Shown: positions 14,479 to 27,385 of the stretch, piece after piece
How the letters are laid out: every line of letters starts with the position of its first letter
How positions within the stretch are numbered: position 1 is the stretch's first letter
Source: Sphagnum compactum
Lineage: Eukaryota
DNA length: 64,000 bases
NCBI GenBank assembly: GCA_965153455.1
Contig: OZ234494.1
Span: forward strand, 5,332,001-5,396,000
Direction: 5' to 3'
The notes under the pieces: model-generated
Databases searched by the model: none
What the model was told of the DNA's origin: nothing
The model's input: the letters and a program-made list of their open reading frames with translations, nothing else
Translations under genes and position numbers: made by a program

Positions 14479-15344
14479 TAATGAAGGGATGTGAGTTCAA
14501 ACCCCATGGTGCGAAACCAAAGGAAAAATGTTGAAGATGGGGGGAAAAGGAAAGCAAAGGTAAACAACTAAGGTTTTAATTGACCCTAATCTAAATATGA
14601 ATTTATGCTTTGCTTTTGCTTTAAATTTCCAAGTGAATATGAGCTAAAAGGCCCAATTTGAATTTGAGTTTTTTTCTTTTAAAATTTCAAATGAACATGC
14701 ATTGAAACACATTGTAATCTTACTTTGTATTTTTGCAATCTTGACAAATTTTGGCTTCATCTCCCCACGAAGAGCAATTGAGGCCTCCATATTGCAATCC
14801 TTCCAATTTTTTTATTTTCTTTATCTCCATTTACTTCACCTTGTTTAACCTTCATCACCTTTTTTTGGGACACAACCTTCTTCCAAGGTTTTTTTTTCGC
14901 TTGAAATGGTGCAACAACTTGAACATCCTCTTCTTGGGTGTTTTGAAAATTGTGAATTTCCTCACTAATTGATTTCTTTTTATTCACAAATTTCTATAAT
15001 CTTTTTAAACTCTCCCTCCCTATTTAGAACAATATGATTTGAGGTCAAAATGAGCATATTAGCTCTTGTAACTACAAGCATTTGAAAAGATGAATTGAAA
15101 GATTGAAATAAATGAGGACCTACATTTGACACACCCTTTTAATGAAACATTCCAACATTTTCCATATCCCAAATAGAAAACTCAAAAACTCCTTCCATCA
15201 TTCATAAACAAATAAAAAAGTTCAACAAGAAGAGAGCAAAATGGAGAGAGATGAAATATAGAAAGAGAAGATATAGGGTTTGGTTTAGAGTTTAGTTTGA
15301 TCCTATGGTGTGGATTTTATCAAAACAATAATATTTTATTGTTG

Positions 15345-15567
15345 GAACATTGGCCCCAAGGGTTGCAAATTGGGCTCCCAAGTTGATAGGTATCTTTTTC
15401 AACCTTGGGGCCAATACAAGGTCATAAAGTGATAGATTAAAAAAATTGTTTTATGTTTCGACCTTGATCTTAGTGTAAAGCCCTTGGGGCTGATTTCAGT
15501 AAAGGCACCAATAGGAATGCTTGATTTCAGTTGAAGTTTGGCCTTGACTCCTAGTGTAAAGTGGGCC
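15345..15567. mobile_element. right end and TIR of PIF/Harbinger element
   Basis: Ends TTGGCCTTGACTCCTAGTGTAAAGTGGGCC followed by TAA. Colinear with the right part of the MITE at 54460-54809. Confidence 0.8.
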
Positions 15568-18500
15568 TAAGAGAGCTAGCTGCTGGTTCCCCTTATTTCA
15601 AAAACCTCAAAGAACTGCAAGTTTTCATGAAAGAAATGGTAGTTTAGTGCACAACTATTTGACTTTATAAAGTTTTGGGAGAACCATGATGATTACATAT
15701 CAGAACTGGGCATTGAATTTTTGAGCTTTGCAGTCATGAATTTGTGAACCAGGCTGATACCCAAAGGGGTTTTGGTGCAAATTCTAATACTCACCCAATA
15801 CTGATTTATACTTGAACAACATGAAAGTGATGGAAACTTGATGAATAATGCTGTTATTGCAAATTGTACTAGAGTTGTTTGGATCATGTGTGGTATATTA
15901 AGCTATCGTTTAAAGTGGTGATAAAAATGGTGTAAAATCACTATTAGAGGTGTCGTCAAGTTCACTAAAAATTTCACTAGGTTTACAATAAAAGTAGGAA
16001 AATTTCATTACACAAGAAATGTAGTGATTTCACTATGTCTCCGGGTGATTAGGGATGGGTTGTTACATACAAAATAGAATTGTTGGAATTGCTGTTCAAT
16101 AGTAGAATTTGGTGATGGCAAAATAGATTATTTAGCTGACAAAAGCACATAAAGAAAATGAAGTTGTTTAGGTACAAAGTGAAAACATTTGTGAAACACA
16201 AATAACACAGTTTTTCATACTCAAGTCTACTTAGTCATCTTCTGCTCCATCATCTACATATATGCCTTTGAATATCTTACTGGCGAAAAAAAAAGTCTTG
16301 ATGCACCAAGTGAAAGCATTTGTGAAATACAAAACGCTGTCAAATCCAAAAGGGGGAGATGGAGGAAAATTGCTCCATTTCACTCTCTGCTAGTGAAGTT
16401 GACTAGAGCACAGTGAATTGGAATACATGTAATGCCTCACTTCTGAATGTGCATCCTCACACTCTGCTCTAAAATGCTCACCCAACCTGCCATTCCACTG
16501 CTACCCTGATGCATCACAAACACATCTGCACTACTCCTGTTTGCCAACTCAATTTGTATGCACTTATGATTCAACACAACCTCACAACAATTTTTAGCAT
16601 TGGGACCCCAAGACATTGGACCAATAGATCCATGAGCAGATCAAATCTTCAAGGAAAAGAAAATCATGTTGTATGTGGCAATTTGAGATTACTGATGATC
16701 CGGTTACAACAGAGCACAGCAGAAGACTAGAAAGATAATGTTAGGTCAAATCTGAAAAAACCTATGTACCTGATCGATATCCCCACCTCAACTCAGATGC
16801 ACTTGCTAAAACCTCCCCCTATCTGCCTTCCTCATCCAGCCTCTGCTTTGAGACTTACTCCAAAAACACTTCAAAAAACTACCTTCCCTTTCTTTTCTTG
16901 CTCCATACCTCCAATCCCCTTTAAGATTACTCCCCTTCAGCTCTTAAGCATCTCACCTCCTCCACAGACTGTTTTTTCAGAAGCATCTGCACCCACTGTT
17001 AGGATATTTGCAAATCTGAGGCAGCTGGCAATAATCAAGATGATCCATCAATATATGCCATCACCTCCAGCTCAAATCCAACTTCTCACCTCATGCACAC
17101 ATTGCACAACAGTCACCAGCAAACCAGCCCAGTATCCAGTGTTCAGTGTATGGTCCTGAAAAAAAATCCTAGGGAGTTGTGTCTGTGTCAGAACCTATTT
17201 TTTCATACTTTCTTCCCCATAGTCATGATGCAGTACTTACCTGAATTAGAACTGGCACATGAAGTGAGACAGCAGGTATGGATATATCTGAGGAACCCGC
17301 ACTCTTTGATCTTAGGTTTGAAATTGAAATAGAACATTTGAAGCACATGAAAGTTGTCCCATCTAGTTGACAAAAAGCTCTTTTTGATTTATGATGTTGT
17401 CTTCGATGCTGGATGGTGATAATTCATGGCCTGCTTAATAACCATGAACATTTCACAAGCATGGTGAAATGTCATGCTGATCATGCTGGTGCATGGCCAG
17501 CTTATCATCTGTGTGATCCAGGTTTTATTTATTTGTCCTTTCTTTCTTCAAGTTCAGGTTTGGGTCATCGAACCAACCAACCATGGATGTGGCAATCAGT
17601 CTACAAACAGGTGCAAAGAGTTAACTGAGGTGTCAGACCACTACAACAATCTTATGGTCTTTCAATGGGTTTGCCTTGTGTTTCTGGAATATTTCCACAT
17701 ACTGTGTAGTACCTTTGCAACTTTGACACATGTCTGTCGAATAATTAATTAATTAATTTTGAAAATTTCTTTTTGGTAAAGAAATATTCTTGAAAATTCA
17801 ATATTTGCCTTCATAGATTTCTTTTCTTTGATTTTCTTTTTGGGTAAAAATTTCAACATCTCTGAAAATACTATAATTAATGTTGAAGCTGCCAAGGTAT
17901 TATGGTATCCAGGACATGTTCAAGGTTCCTATATATTTGATGAAGATGTGACAAAAACATGCTAAGCATTGTGTTGTTGATGTGTCAAAACAAATACTAT
18001 CAATGACAATGCACATCAATAAACATGTTGAAAACACAAATTGTCAATGCAATTGTTTCATATAAAAAACAGCAAACTATTTTACATCACCTTCAGCCTT
18101 ACAACTTAAATTCAACATATTTTAGCACATTTGTACTGTTGTTTTTGCATATCTTCTTCACAAGTTTTTAGAGATTTTGCAATGCCTATTCACTATTTTG
18201 AAACAGTTTTCAGTCCCAAGTTGTCATGTTTATGCGATCTTACGTTTACTGACACAAATGTTTAAGATTTGTGTAAACTGAAAGAAATGTTGAAAGTTTA
18301 TGTTGTTGTTTATTTGGTGGGGTGGGCACCTTCACAAACCATGGCAATTTGAAAATTCCTTATTTGAAAAAAATAAATTCTGCAAGGATTGCAGATAATA
18401 CGTGAAAATTGAAGAAAGACTTCACATGTTTCTCAAAATATAGAGGCTAACCAGAATTTGTTCTAAACTTTGCAAACTTTGCAATTTGATCCATTGTGGA

Positions 18501-18993
18501 ATGAACTTCTTATTCATTTTTCCTTCAGGCCATCTAAGTTCTGGTCTTCAAAGATTTCTCTATTAATTTTCCTGTGTTACAATTTCTTCATTTTTTGTTT
18601 ATGTTTTCCTATTTTCACACTTGATTTGGATAATTCCAAATTCCCATTTTTGCACACTTCCTCTCATCAAGGTGTAAAACTCAAGCGAAATGTACAGAAG
18701 TTAACTGCATTACCTATTAGGACACAAAGAAGGAGCTTGAGTTCTGCAACATGATATCCCATAATATGTACATCTACAATTGCAATTGGAGTTTAAAATC
18801 CATACATTGTTTTCTGCAATCAATAAACTCTAATCTAATGTATCATGTTATGTATGTCCATTGTCCTCGTAAGGTCCATCATTTGGGAAGTCTATTGTAT
18901 CTTGTGGCACTATTCTTCTGACATTATAGAGGTATTACAAAAACCAAACAGTAGTTCTTCTGATATCTCTATTTATTAACTGTGGAATCATCA

Positions 18994-21781
18994 TCAGTTC
19001 AGTGAAGCTCCTGAGCCAATAATGAAAATTGCAATGAAAATGGAAATCAGGACAACTGAGATGCCAGCAGCAAGAAAGAAAGAACTTCCCTGGGGACCTT
19101 CATTTGCTTTCTTTCTAGCTGGGCCCTTTTCATTGATGAAAGCAAGGGCATCCTCCACATTGAATTTATCGTCAGTTTTGCACTGGGTCTTAGACTTTGA
19201 TTTCTTAGAACCTTTCTTCCCATTTGATGGGCCACACACTGTAGTCACAGCTGTTGCAGAGCTGCTGGTGGCTTTGTTAACACTGGAAGAAGTCTTGCTC
19301 ATTGTTCCAGATCTCTCCACCTTGATCAAACCCACAAAAATTAATTTGTAATTAAGCAAAACTTGTAATTTGGATCAGTCTAGAATCATGATGTTCAAAC
19401 TTTGCACAATTACAAAAGGAACAACAAATTAGTACTAATGCATACATGTGCACTCAGTCTAATCAATCTTAAATCAATTGACTATTCTCAGTATAATTAA
19501 TTCATCTTTCCTCACATGCCAAGATGTATATTGCTACTACTATATGATCATGTGCATCAAGATATTGACTGATTGCACAATTGAAGATGAAGAGCTGATC
19601 ACTGCAGACCAATATAGCTTCTTAATTACATCAAAAGCTTAATTAGGTGGGCCTGAATGATTAGGCCACTTACCAGTTTTACACTCTTCCCCTTAGCTCC
19701 TGCATCCAGCTGCTGCTGCTTCTTAGACTCTGCAACCTTCTGCAGTTGCAACTGATCTTTCTCCTTCCTCTTAAGATTCAGGCTGCAGTTCTTACTTGAA
19801 TCCTGCAACTCTTTCTTCTCCTTTTGCTTTGAGTTCTGAATTTCCATAGTCTTCAGTTGGTTCTAAAAATGCCAAACCATCCCAATCTCAGCTCATGAAC
19901 AACAATTAGACAATATGGACATATACATATACATCATGTGGCATTCATCAGCCTTTGTTGCCTGTGTTATACATCTTGCAGAAGGTTGAATTTACCTAAA
20001 CAAATTTGTGACCTTTTCCATCTCTGGAGAGCTTGCAGGGCTCATTGTGAATGGGAGCTCTGAAAAGGATCTACATTAGATTCTACATGCCAAGCTGGTT
20101 TCTAAGTGAGCTACAATATTATTATTTACCTCATAGTAGGAGACTGATCTGCGTGAAGAAACAACTTCACACTCAGCCATACGGAGCCTTTGTATCATTG
20201 CAGCAATCTTAGCAGGTTGCTGCTACATACACATCATGTGCACAACCAAAGGAATCAAGCTCAATGTAGCTGGAAGTATCCTCTTAGATCCAGCCTCCCA
20301 CATAATTAGTTACACATCTCTCTTAATTAGAAACAATATAGATTAGATTTAGCAGTCTTAGCATCTTTATTGAAAACACACCCATTACAGCTAGCTAATT
20401 GCTGTTTGAAAATCCTTGAGCTACCTAGGTTTTCAAGTTGAACTAGATCTGGAAATTAGGAATTGCAGGAAGAAGAAGAAGGTCATGTATATTTTATACT
20501 TCTTGAGCTTGAGAAGCATGTAACTTGGCCAGCTTTTCTTTCAGCCATGAGATTTCCTCACAAGCTTTTGCTGCTCTTCGTTGTTCATTTGCTAGGCTCG
20601 AACTCTGCAGCACACATACATGTATGAAGACACTTCTCACCAGCTTCTGAATTAGGTCTCGATATGATGAGATCAATCAGCAACAGAAACAAGTTCATGA
20701 TCAGAAAACGTTTATGAGACTTGTCCCCACATGATGACACTACATGAGACATCACGAGCTAGACTCTAGTAGTTCTGTTTTCAATGCAGCTAGTAGGTAT
20801 GAATTCCTAAAGTATTACAGCAACACAATATGATCCTGCAGAAGTACCCACCAACTGTTTGGCTTTCTCCTCAGCTTCTCGTAGCTTCCTTATCAACTCC
20901 TTCACACGTGACTGCAACGAATCCAAGGATGTCTGGTTTGGGGTGATCTCATGTGATGACCCTTGCTGCTGATGTACGAGGCTCCCGGATACTAGTGTAG
21001 ATCCGTCCTTTGTCGAAGTTTCTGTCTTCTTCGCCTGGAATATTGCAGCGTTGTTCACACGATCTCCTCGGAGCTTTTCCACCTCGGCTTGTAAACCTGG
21101 ATTTTTTTCCTGAGTCATTGATGCGATCACAGGTTGCGCCACTGGCATCTTGGACTCGGCAGGGTCATGAGTCCGGCGGCTTGAATTGAGAGCCGGCCAA
21201 TCCGTTTCATCGAACCAATTGCTTAGCTCGACTATAGCCTGTTCTCTCTGCAAAAGCAACAAACCCGCGCATCATGAATGCATGGTTGGTCACAAGATCC
21301 ATGTCCAGCCGTACCCAACAATGGCATGAAAGAGGACTTGCAGAGAATGAGATTTCAATGAAGGGGACTTAGTGGGGAGTTCATATACCCTTGCCTCAGA
21401 GGCTACGGCTTCCTCAGACCCTCCAAGTTGTGCAGAATCTGCAGCAGGGTTCATTGCCTCACGTGGAAGCTCCGGAACAATATGAGCGAGTACTGGACCA
21501 TCCTCTGGTATGGAAGACAGAGCTGCTGGATCATGCACCGCATTAAGCTGGTGTTGCAGTTCAGCATCATCGTCAACAGGATCATGAGAATCAGCTCGCG
21601 GGTTCGTTATGATCTCAGGCTGCTGCTGCTCCAAGGCCGCAATTTCGTGATCAGCGGCGGTTGTGGGATTCCCAATTAGGTCCAATGTGACGACGGCGTG
21701 CACCTCCTCGACATATGCAGATCGTCCATGTTCTGCAGCTTCCAGCTGGTACATCGCCTCTGCAGGAAATTGTGGTGCCAT
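18994..21781 (-). CDS. coiled-coil, tail-anchored membrane protein of unknown function (~517 aa if the ATG at 21781 is the start)
   Basis: Coding exons 21781-21338, 21247-20852, 20604-20500, 20222-20130, 19862-19674 and 19320-18994. All are bounded by GT/AG, join in phase 0 and have no internal stop. Acidic/Pro-rich N-terminus, heptad-like middle (LQSRVKELIRKLREAEEKAKQL), C-terminal hydrophobic helix FFLAAGISVVLISIFIAIFIIG. An acceptor at 21847-21848 implies a further upstream exon (~22100-22400), probably UTR. Confidence 0.85.
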
Positions 21782-24700
21782 GGTGATTTGATTGTGATCT
21801 GTTAGCTGAGGTGCCGAATCCACAACCCGTGGGTTCGCCTGCTCACCTGCATAAAGAATCCATTTTTTTCTTTCAGGGTTGATGAGATCAGGAGCCGGAG
21901 TCGATGGGCTTTGATTCTTTTCGTTTTCTTAGTCTTCTCCTAGGGAGTCTTAAGGTCATGAGCATCCACATACTTGTATACATAGTTAATGAGAGGAATC
22001 ATATAAACGAAAACAGAGCACCAAGCTACTTGTAACGACGAATGTACAAAACAAACTTTTTCCCCTAATCCAAGCTCTTTCTATACATGATCACCACATT
22101 CTCCGCAATAATTTCAACGATGCAGCATACATGTTCAATACTGTGGATGATGATACCTCTAATTTCTTTATGGTCGCGATCTGCAGACCTGGATTGATCG
22201 GCGGTGCAGCAGCATTCTCGCCACACGAGCACGGCACAGACACGACACACACCACCCCAGTCGACAAGAGGAGAAGTTCAGAGAAGAGGAGACAAACAGC
22301 GGGAAACGAAGGCCACTGCCAAACAAAACCCAACTTAAGAGTCCCCAAACAATACACAACGTCGAATCCCCAATGACCTAATGCCGCTTTTGAATGCCCC
22401 TTGTTCTGGCTGCTAAAGTTGGCCGGGAAACTCCTCTAAATTTAGCAACCGGCCGGCTAAATCAGGTGAGGTTTCTTTCAATCAGGGCTCACGATTCTGA
22501 CTGGCGACAGGCTCTTTTATTTATTTTATTATTGGTGAAATTTTGCCAAAACGTGAAATGAATAGTCCGAAAATGAATTGAATTTTTTTAATTGCCATAA
22601 TTTGAAAAAGGTCAAAAAAGATTGGGTCATATTTTCTGCATTTGGTTTGAGTAGGTAGCCAAAAATGTACAAGGGTGTTAAAATTTTTAATCTTTTTTCC
22701 ATAAAAAGATTTACCAAATAGGCTAAATCTTCCTATAGATGTTCACCAATTGGGTTACATCATAAACTGAGGTTCTTTTGGGGTATCGTTTTTGATTTTT
22801 TTCCAAAAAAATTGGGAAATTGTTTTGTTGTTTTAGTGCAAATTAGAGCATTTTTGCCTCATTTTTTGAAAATAAATTCCAAATTTTTTATGTTGAAAAA
22901 TTGGAAAGAAAACCCTGACCATAAAACTTGACCAAAAAACAAACCACTGAATTGACAGGAGGTAGTGGACAAATTAATTTTTGAGAAACCTCTTTGCATA
23001 CGGAGGACGACCTGACCTGAATTTCAGGACCAAATGTAAAGCAGCTGTTCAAGCGAGGGAAGTGGGTTGAGAAATGAAGACATCTGGCATGTAACTAGTA
23101 GTACATACAAGTGAAGAAATGTTGTAGACAAAGTTCTTTTTTAAGATATGTAAGTAGGTACTTATCTGGTGGGGCCCTTAAATTATGATGTGATTGGGTT
23201 AGGTGTTAGGTCATGGCAGCTACCTATTTGCCTGGTCTCGTTGTTGAAACTCTTCCTTATTTTGTACTCATCTTGCCTTTTGGGACTGTGACCCTTCTTT
23301 GAGCTCAAGGCTTTTAACTTTTAACCCTACTAATATACACAGGGTGTTGAATAGGTAGTGTGCACTTTGTTGTAGTTAGGCTCTATCTTCTTCTCTCCCT
23401 CTCTTTTCTTGTTTCCCCTTCAAAGGATGTGCATCCCAGTGCTTTTTTGAGTGACTATTTTTTGCATTGCTGTGACACCCCAAAAAAAAACATAAGGACA
23501 GAAGTATTCTTTCACAGATACTTGGCTTTTCTTTAATTTTTTTGCCAAACTCCTACCTCCATTAAGGTATGAATCTCTCGGTTTGGGAAGAAGAGGGAGT
23601 TACTTGATAATTTAAATGCACCCCTTTTTTTCTCTTCTTCTTTATCTCCAGGTTAGGTGCACTTTGGGAAAGTGGGTCAAAAGTTCCATCAACTTTTGGA
23701 CTTCCACTACCTGACATCAAATTGAAACGCATATGAAGCATAGACATATTGGCAAAAATACTATTTAGGGTTTTTTGGCTGTTATTTCATGCTTGGCACA
23801 ATTATGCAAACCACAACAATGGACCAATCAAAAAAGTAGAAAACAAAAAGTAATTCAATTTCTTCAAACTTAATATTTTCATAAAACAAAAGAAAATTTT
23901 GATTATTTCTCACTTTTCCAAGACTTCTTTTGTTCGTCCAGAGCACGTTCTGATAATACTGTAGTGACATTTTAAGATGGTTTTGGTCACTCCAAGTTGC
24001 AAGTGATCACCCAATGAAAATTACACATGGCCCCTCTCAACAACCCAATACAAGAAATAACAAGCTTGGATGGCTAGTGTTTGTCTAAAAGGGAAATGTG
24101 AATTAGAAAGGATGTAATGTTAAGTGGCCAATTGTCAGGTCCTCTCGTGTTGATTCACACCATTTGAACAAAGTACAAAAGTACCTATTGTGCAAGAACC
24201 CTTTCTGTAAATAGCTGCCTATTGCACATTGAACTGTTTATTCACTCAAAGTAAATAAGAAAACAAATTAAGACCACCAAATTCAGCAATCCTATTGGCC
24301 TGGAAAAACCGTATTCAGACCTACACACAACAATCCTATTCTGTTGAACATTGAAAATAATGTGTCTCTTTCTATCATTTCCATTGGTCTTCTAAAATTG
24401 GCACAAACCTACCAAACCCTATTACACATTTCAAGGTTAGTTCACTCAAGATAACTCAAAAAACAAGTAATCAGACCATAAAATCCAGTAATTCCATGGG
24501 GCATAATTTATTTTTTTCACACTCAGGCACAAGCATATTCAACACCCTTTGTATAATATATTAATATTATAGTGTCTTCTAGATGGCTAAAAACAACCTG
24601 TTACCTAAAAGTTCATAAAATAAATCTCACTTTGGTCATCATTCTACCCAATATTCCTCCTTTCAAAGCTATCCATAGAGTTCACAAAAGTGAGGATCAC

Positions 24701-24789
24701 TCCTCAAAATGAAGGACAAACATCTCAAAATTTTCATCCCAAAATGGTCACCATAGTTCTTGTTTTAACCATACTACAATCTACCTAGA

Positions 24790-25460
24790 TTACCAACACA
24801 TAGATTAGTGGCTACATAGGGTAGGGAGCTAATTAGGTTGGGGACCTATGGGCACTTGTGATTTATATATGGAGCTATTAATGGCTTATTTTAAAGGCTA
24901 CTCCAAGGGCTACCTAAGACAAGTTTAGAGGTTACTTAGAGCTTATGTAAAATAATCTAAGATAAAGGGCTATCAAAAGTTTCCATAATGGGTTACATAG
25001 GCCTTACTTAGGGTGTTACATAAAAGGCTACCTAAGAACCTATCTAAGTTACGGGAATTTTGTAAAATGTTTAAAAAACTACATCAAATTTACATAGGGA
25101 GCTTGAAGTTACATTAAGTATCCCTAAATAGTCCCTAATTAACCTTCTATGTAAGCCTTATGTAACCCCATTTGCATTATGAGTCAACCCTAGGTAACCC
25201 CTTATGTACTGTTATGAAACTACTTATGCACTATGAATCAGCCCTAGGTAGCCTTTTAAATAATTTTTAGATATCTCCTAGTTCTTAAGAAAGGTCTAGC
25301 TAGCCCCGTAGGTAGGCTCTATGTAGCCCCTAAGTAATCCTTAAATATCTCTAACTTAGGCAAGCCCCTACATGTCTCCCTAGGTAATCCCTAAGTTGAC
25401 CCTATGTAGCCCACTAATTATTGCATAAATATCCCATAACCTAGGTAGGCCCCTAAATGT
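24790..25460. repeat. foldback-like array of oppositely oriented short repeats
   Basis: Left half has GGCTACATAGG / GGGCTACCTAAG / GGTTACTTAG units. Right half has the reverse complements CCTAGGTAGCC / CTATGTAGCCC. Polarity switches near 25120. Confidence 0.65.
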
Positions 25461-25850
25461 ATCCCCTTATGAAGGTTTGTGCCTTCTCCGAAACAATCAT
25501 TAGGTGTCTCATAATCTAAACAAACCTTAGACACAAACAAAACATTAGAAAAAGAAAGAAACTCAAGTCATCTTAAGTTGAAGAGGAAATTTGAGTTTCT
25601 TTTGATACTTTTTTTTGTATAATCCCATCTTGCATTCAAATTATTGTATCAATTTCACTAATTGGGTATTCTTTGCATAACATCTATCATGTGTAAATCT
25701 ACTACATCCAATGCCAATCCACATCGTGGAATTCTTGAACACACACCAATTTTTGTTTCATTAGAAATTTAAAATGTTTGAGCATTCACTTTCTTGAATT
25801 AAAAAGTTTGGACAAATACATAAGTAATTGAGTGTAAATTATGTTTGAAT

Positions 25851-26852
25851 CAGTATTGTATGTGTATATCTTTTACTCGAACATATTCATTGGGTATGGA
25901 TAGGGTATATTATTTTATGCTAAATTTTTTTAATTGATATATTTGCACACCACACATGTTCACAAGTGTGTAATCTGAAAGTTGGTACCCTATTTGAACC
26001 CTTGGACATATGCAAACCCAAAAGAGGATTATATGTGAAAATATCAAGTCAAATTAAGGTAAGTAGGACCTAAAACTTATACATATCAAAAATTTGTTTG
26101 TAGGTGTTTCCAATTCCTTGGGGTGTGCCAATTCTACCAATTTGTTGGGATGTGAGATTGACAAACCGTTGAGAGCAATGATCAATCCTAAACAAAAAGC
26201 AGATGGCTAATCCACAAAGGCTTTACAAACTACTTTAGTTGTGTATGTTATATTTGTATGTAATTAACATTAGATAGTTGAGTTCCATTTTTCATTTAGC
26301 AAATTGAGAATTTTTAAAATCTATTTTGATACCTATACATATTGCTCGCGGTGCTCAAATAGATGTTTGTGAAGGCATCAGGGTTACAATTGAAAATCAA
26401 AGGTCAATATACCAATAACACCGGCTTTGTCGAATCCACCTTAACCCTGCAGACACACAAAATTGAATTTTTGGTGTGTTTGTGGATATTTGTATTCAAA
26501 GATGAATCAAACACTTTGATTTTTTGCATTCTGACATGAGATTTGTGCATGATTATTGAGTTTGGCCTTTGAAAATTATGTCAATTTACTATCAAAATGT
26601 GGAATTTTTTTCATTTTTAATTAAATATATAAAAACTAAATACTTGTTTTTTACCCCCAAAAGAAATATGTCATAATAAAAGGTACTTGGACCATATTCA
26701 TCTATCAAAAATCACAAATGTTTTATACCCAAATTCTATCTTGACAAAATGTTTTTAGTGTTAATATACCTTTACCCAATGGGTAAACCCATTAAAAAAC
26801 TTATATACTCTTACCTAAGGATACATACAACCCATGAACCCAAACAACATTA
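25851..26852. mobile_element. non-autonomous hAT element (~1.0 kb)
   Basis: TSD GTTTGAAT (25843-25850) / GTTTGAAC (26853-26860). Degenerate TIRs CAGTATTGT... / ...ACAACATTA. GGGTAT/ATACCC subterminal motifs. Confidence 0.7.
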
Positions 26853-27149
26853 GTTTGAACTAGTTTTGGGTAGGAACCTAGTTTGGCAGGTTAGAACCAA
26901 TGTTGTCCAGTTATCCAATTCACTCCGGTTATCAATATATATAATTAACATATATGTATATATACATATTTGACCTTGTGTCAAATTTTGAAATATATGA
27001 ATATACATATCTTGCAGATCTAGATATTGATTGATTATCTATGCATATCCATATCCGGATTTTGTAGGTTTTTTATTTTCTAAAGGTTGAAGGATATGCA
27101 TTCAAGTGCTTGAAGGTTTGCAAGTTTTGCTATCTCAAACCCTAAACAA

Positions 27150-27385
27150 CAAAAAGTTGTAGTGGCAAAATTCCCTTTCAATCCTACCAATGCCGGAACT
27201 TAGTTGCGTTTGTTTTTCCATGATTGTTTTGTGTAAGGGTGTGATGTGTGATGCTTCTATTCTGATCAACTCCACCAACATGAACCAGGCCGAAAACGAT
27301 GTGATTATCAACTTTAGTCTTGGGAACTTTTTTAACTAGAAAAAAAGTGCTCGTGTGTTGTTTCTTGCATGGACATATTGGCTTC
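27150..27385 (+). pseudogene. class III plant peroxidase fragment
   Basis: Pieced translation AGT*LRLFFHDCFV*GCD..DASILINSTNMNQAENDVIINFSLGNF..LEKKCSCVVSCMDILA matches the hallmark motifs LRLxFHDCFVxGCDAS and CPGVVSCADILA. Stops, a small duplication and a deletion are present. Confidence 0.9.

Noticed and set aside
16764-17159. 131-aa plus-strand Pro-rich ORF
   Set aside because: No recognisable domain; Pro richness follows from C-rich composition, and the splice signals point to the minus strand. Not fully excluded.
19022-19351. 109-aa plus-strand ORF
   Set aside because: Antisense shadow of the last exon of the minus-strand gene.
22065-22357. Upstream ORFs as the first coding exon of the 18994 gene
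   Set aside because: The donors examined near 22090-22100 do not give the phase-1 join needed at 21846 in an open frame; the region is likely 5' UTR.
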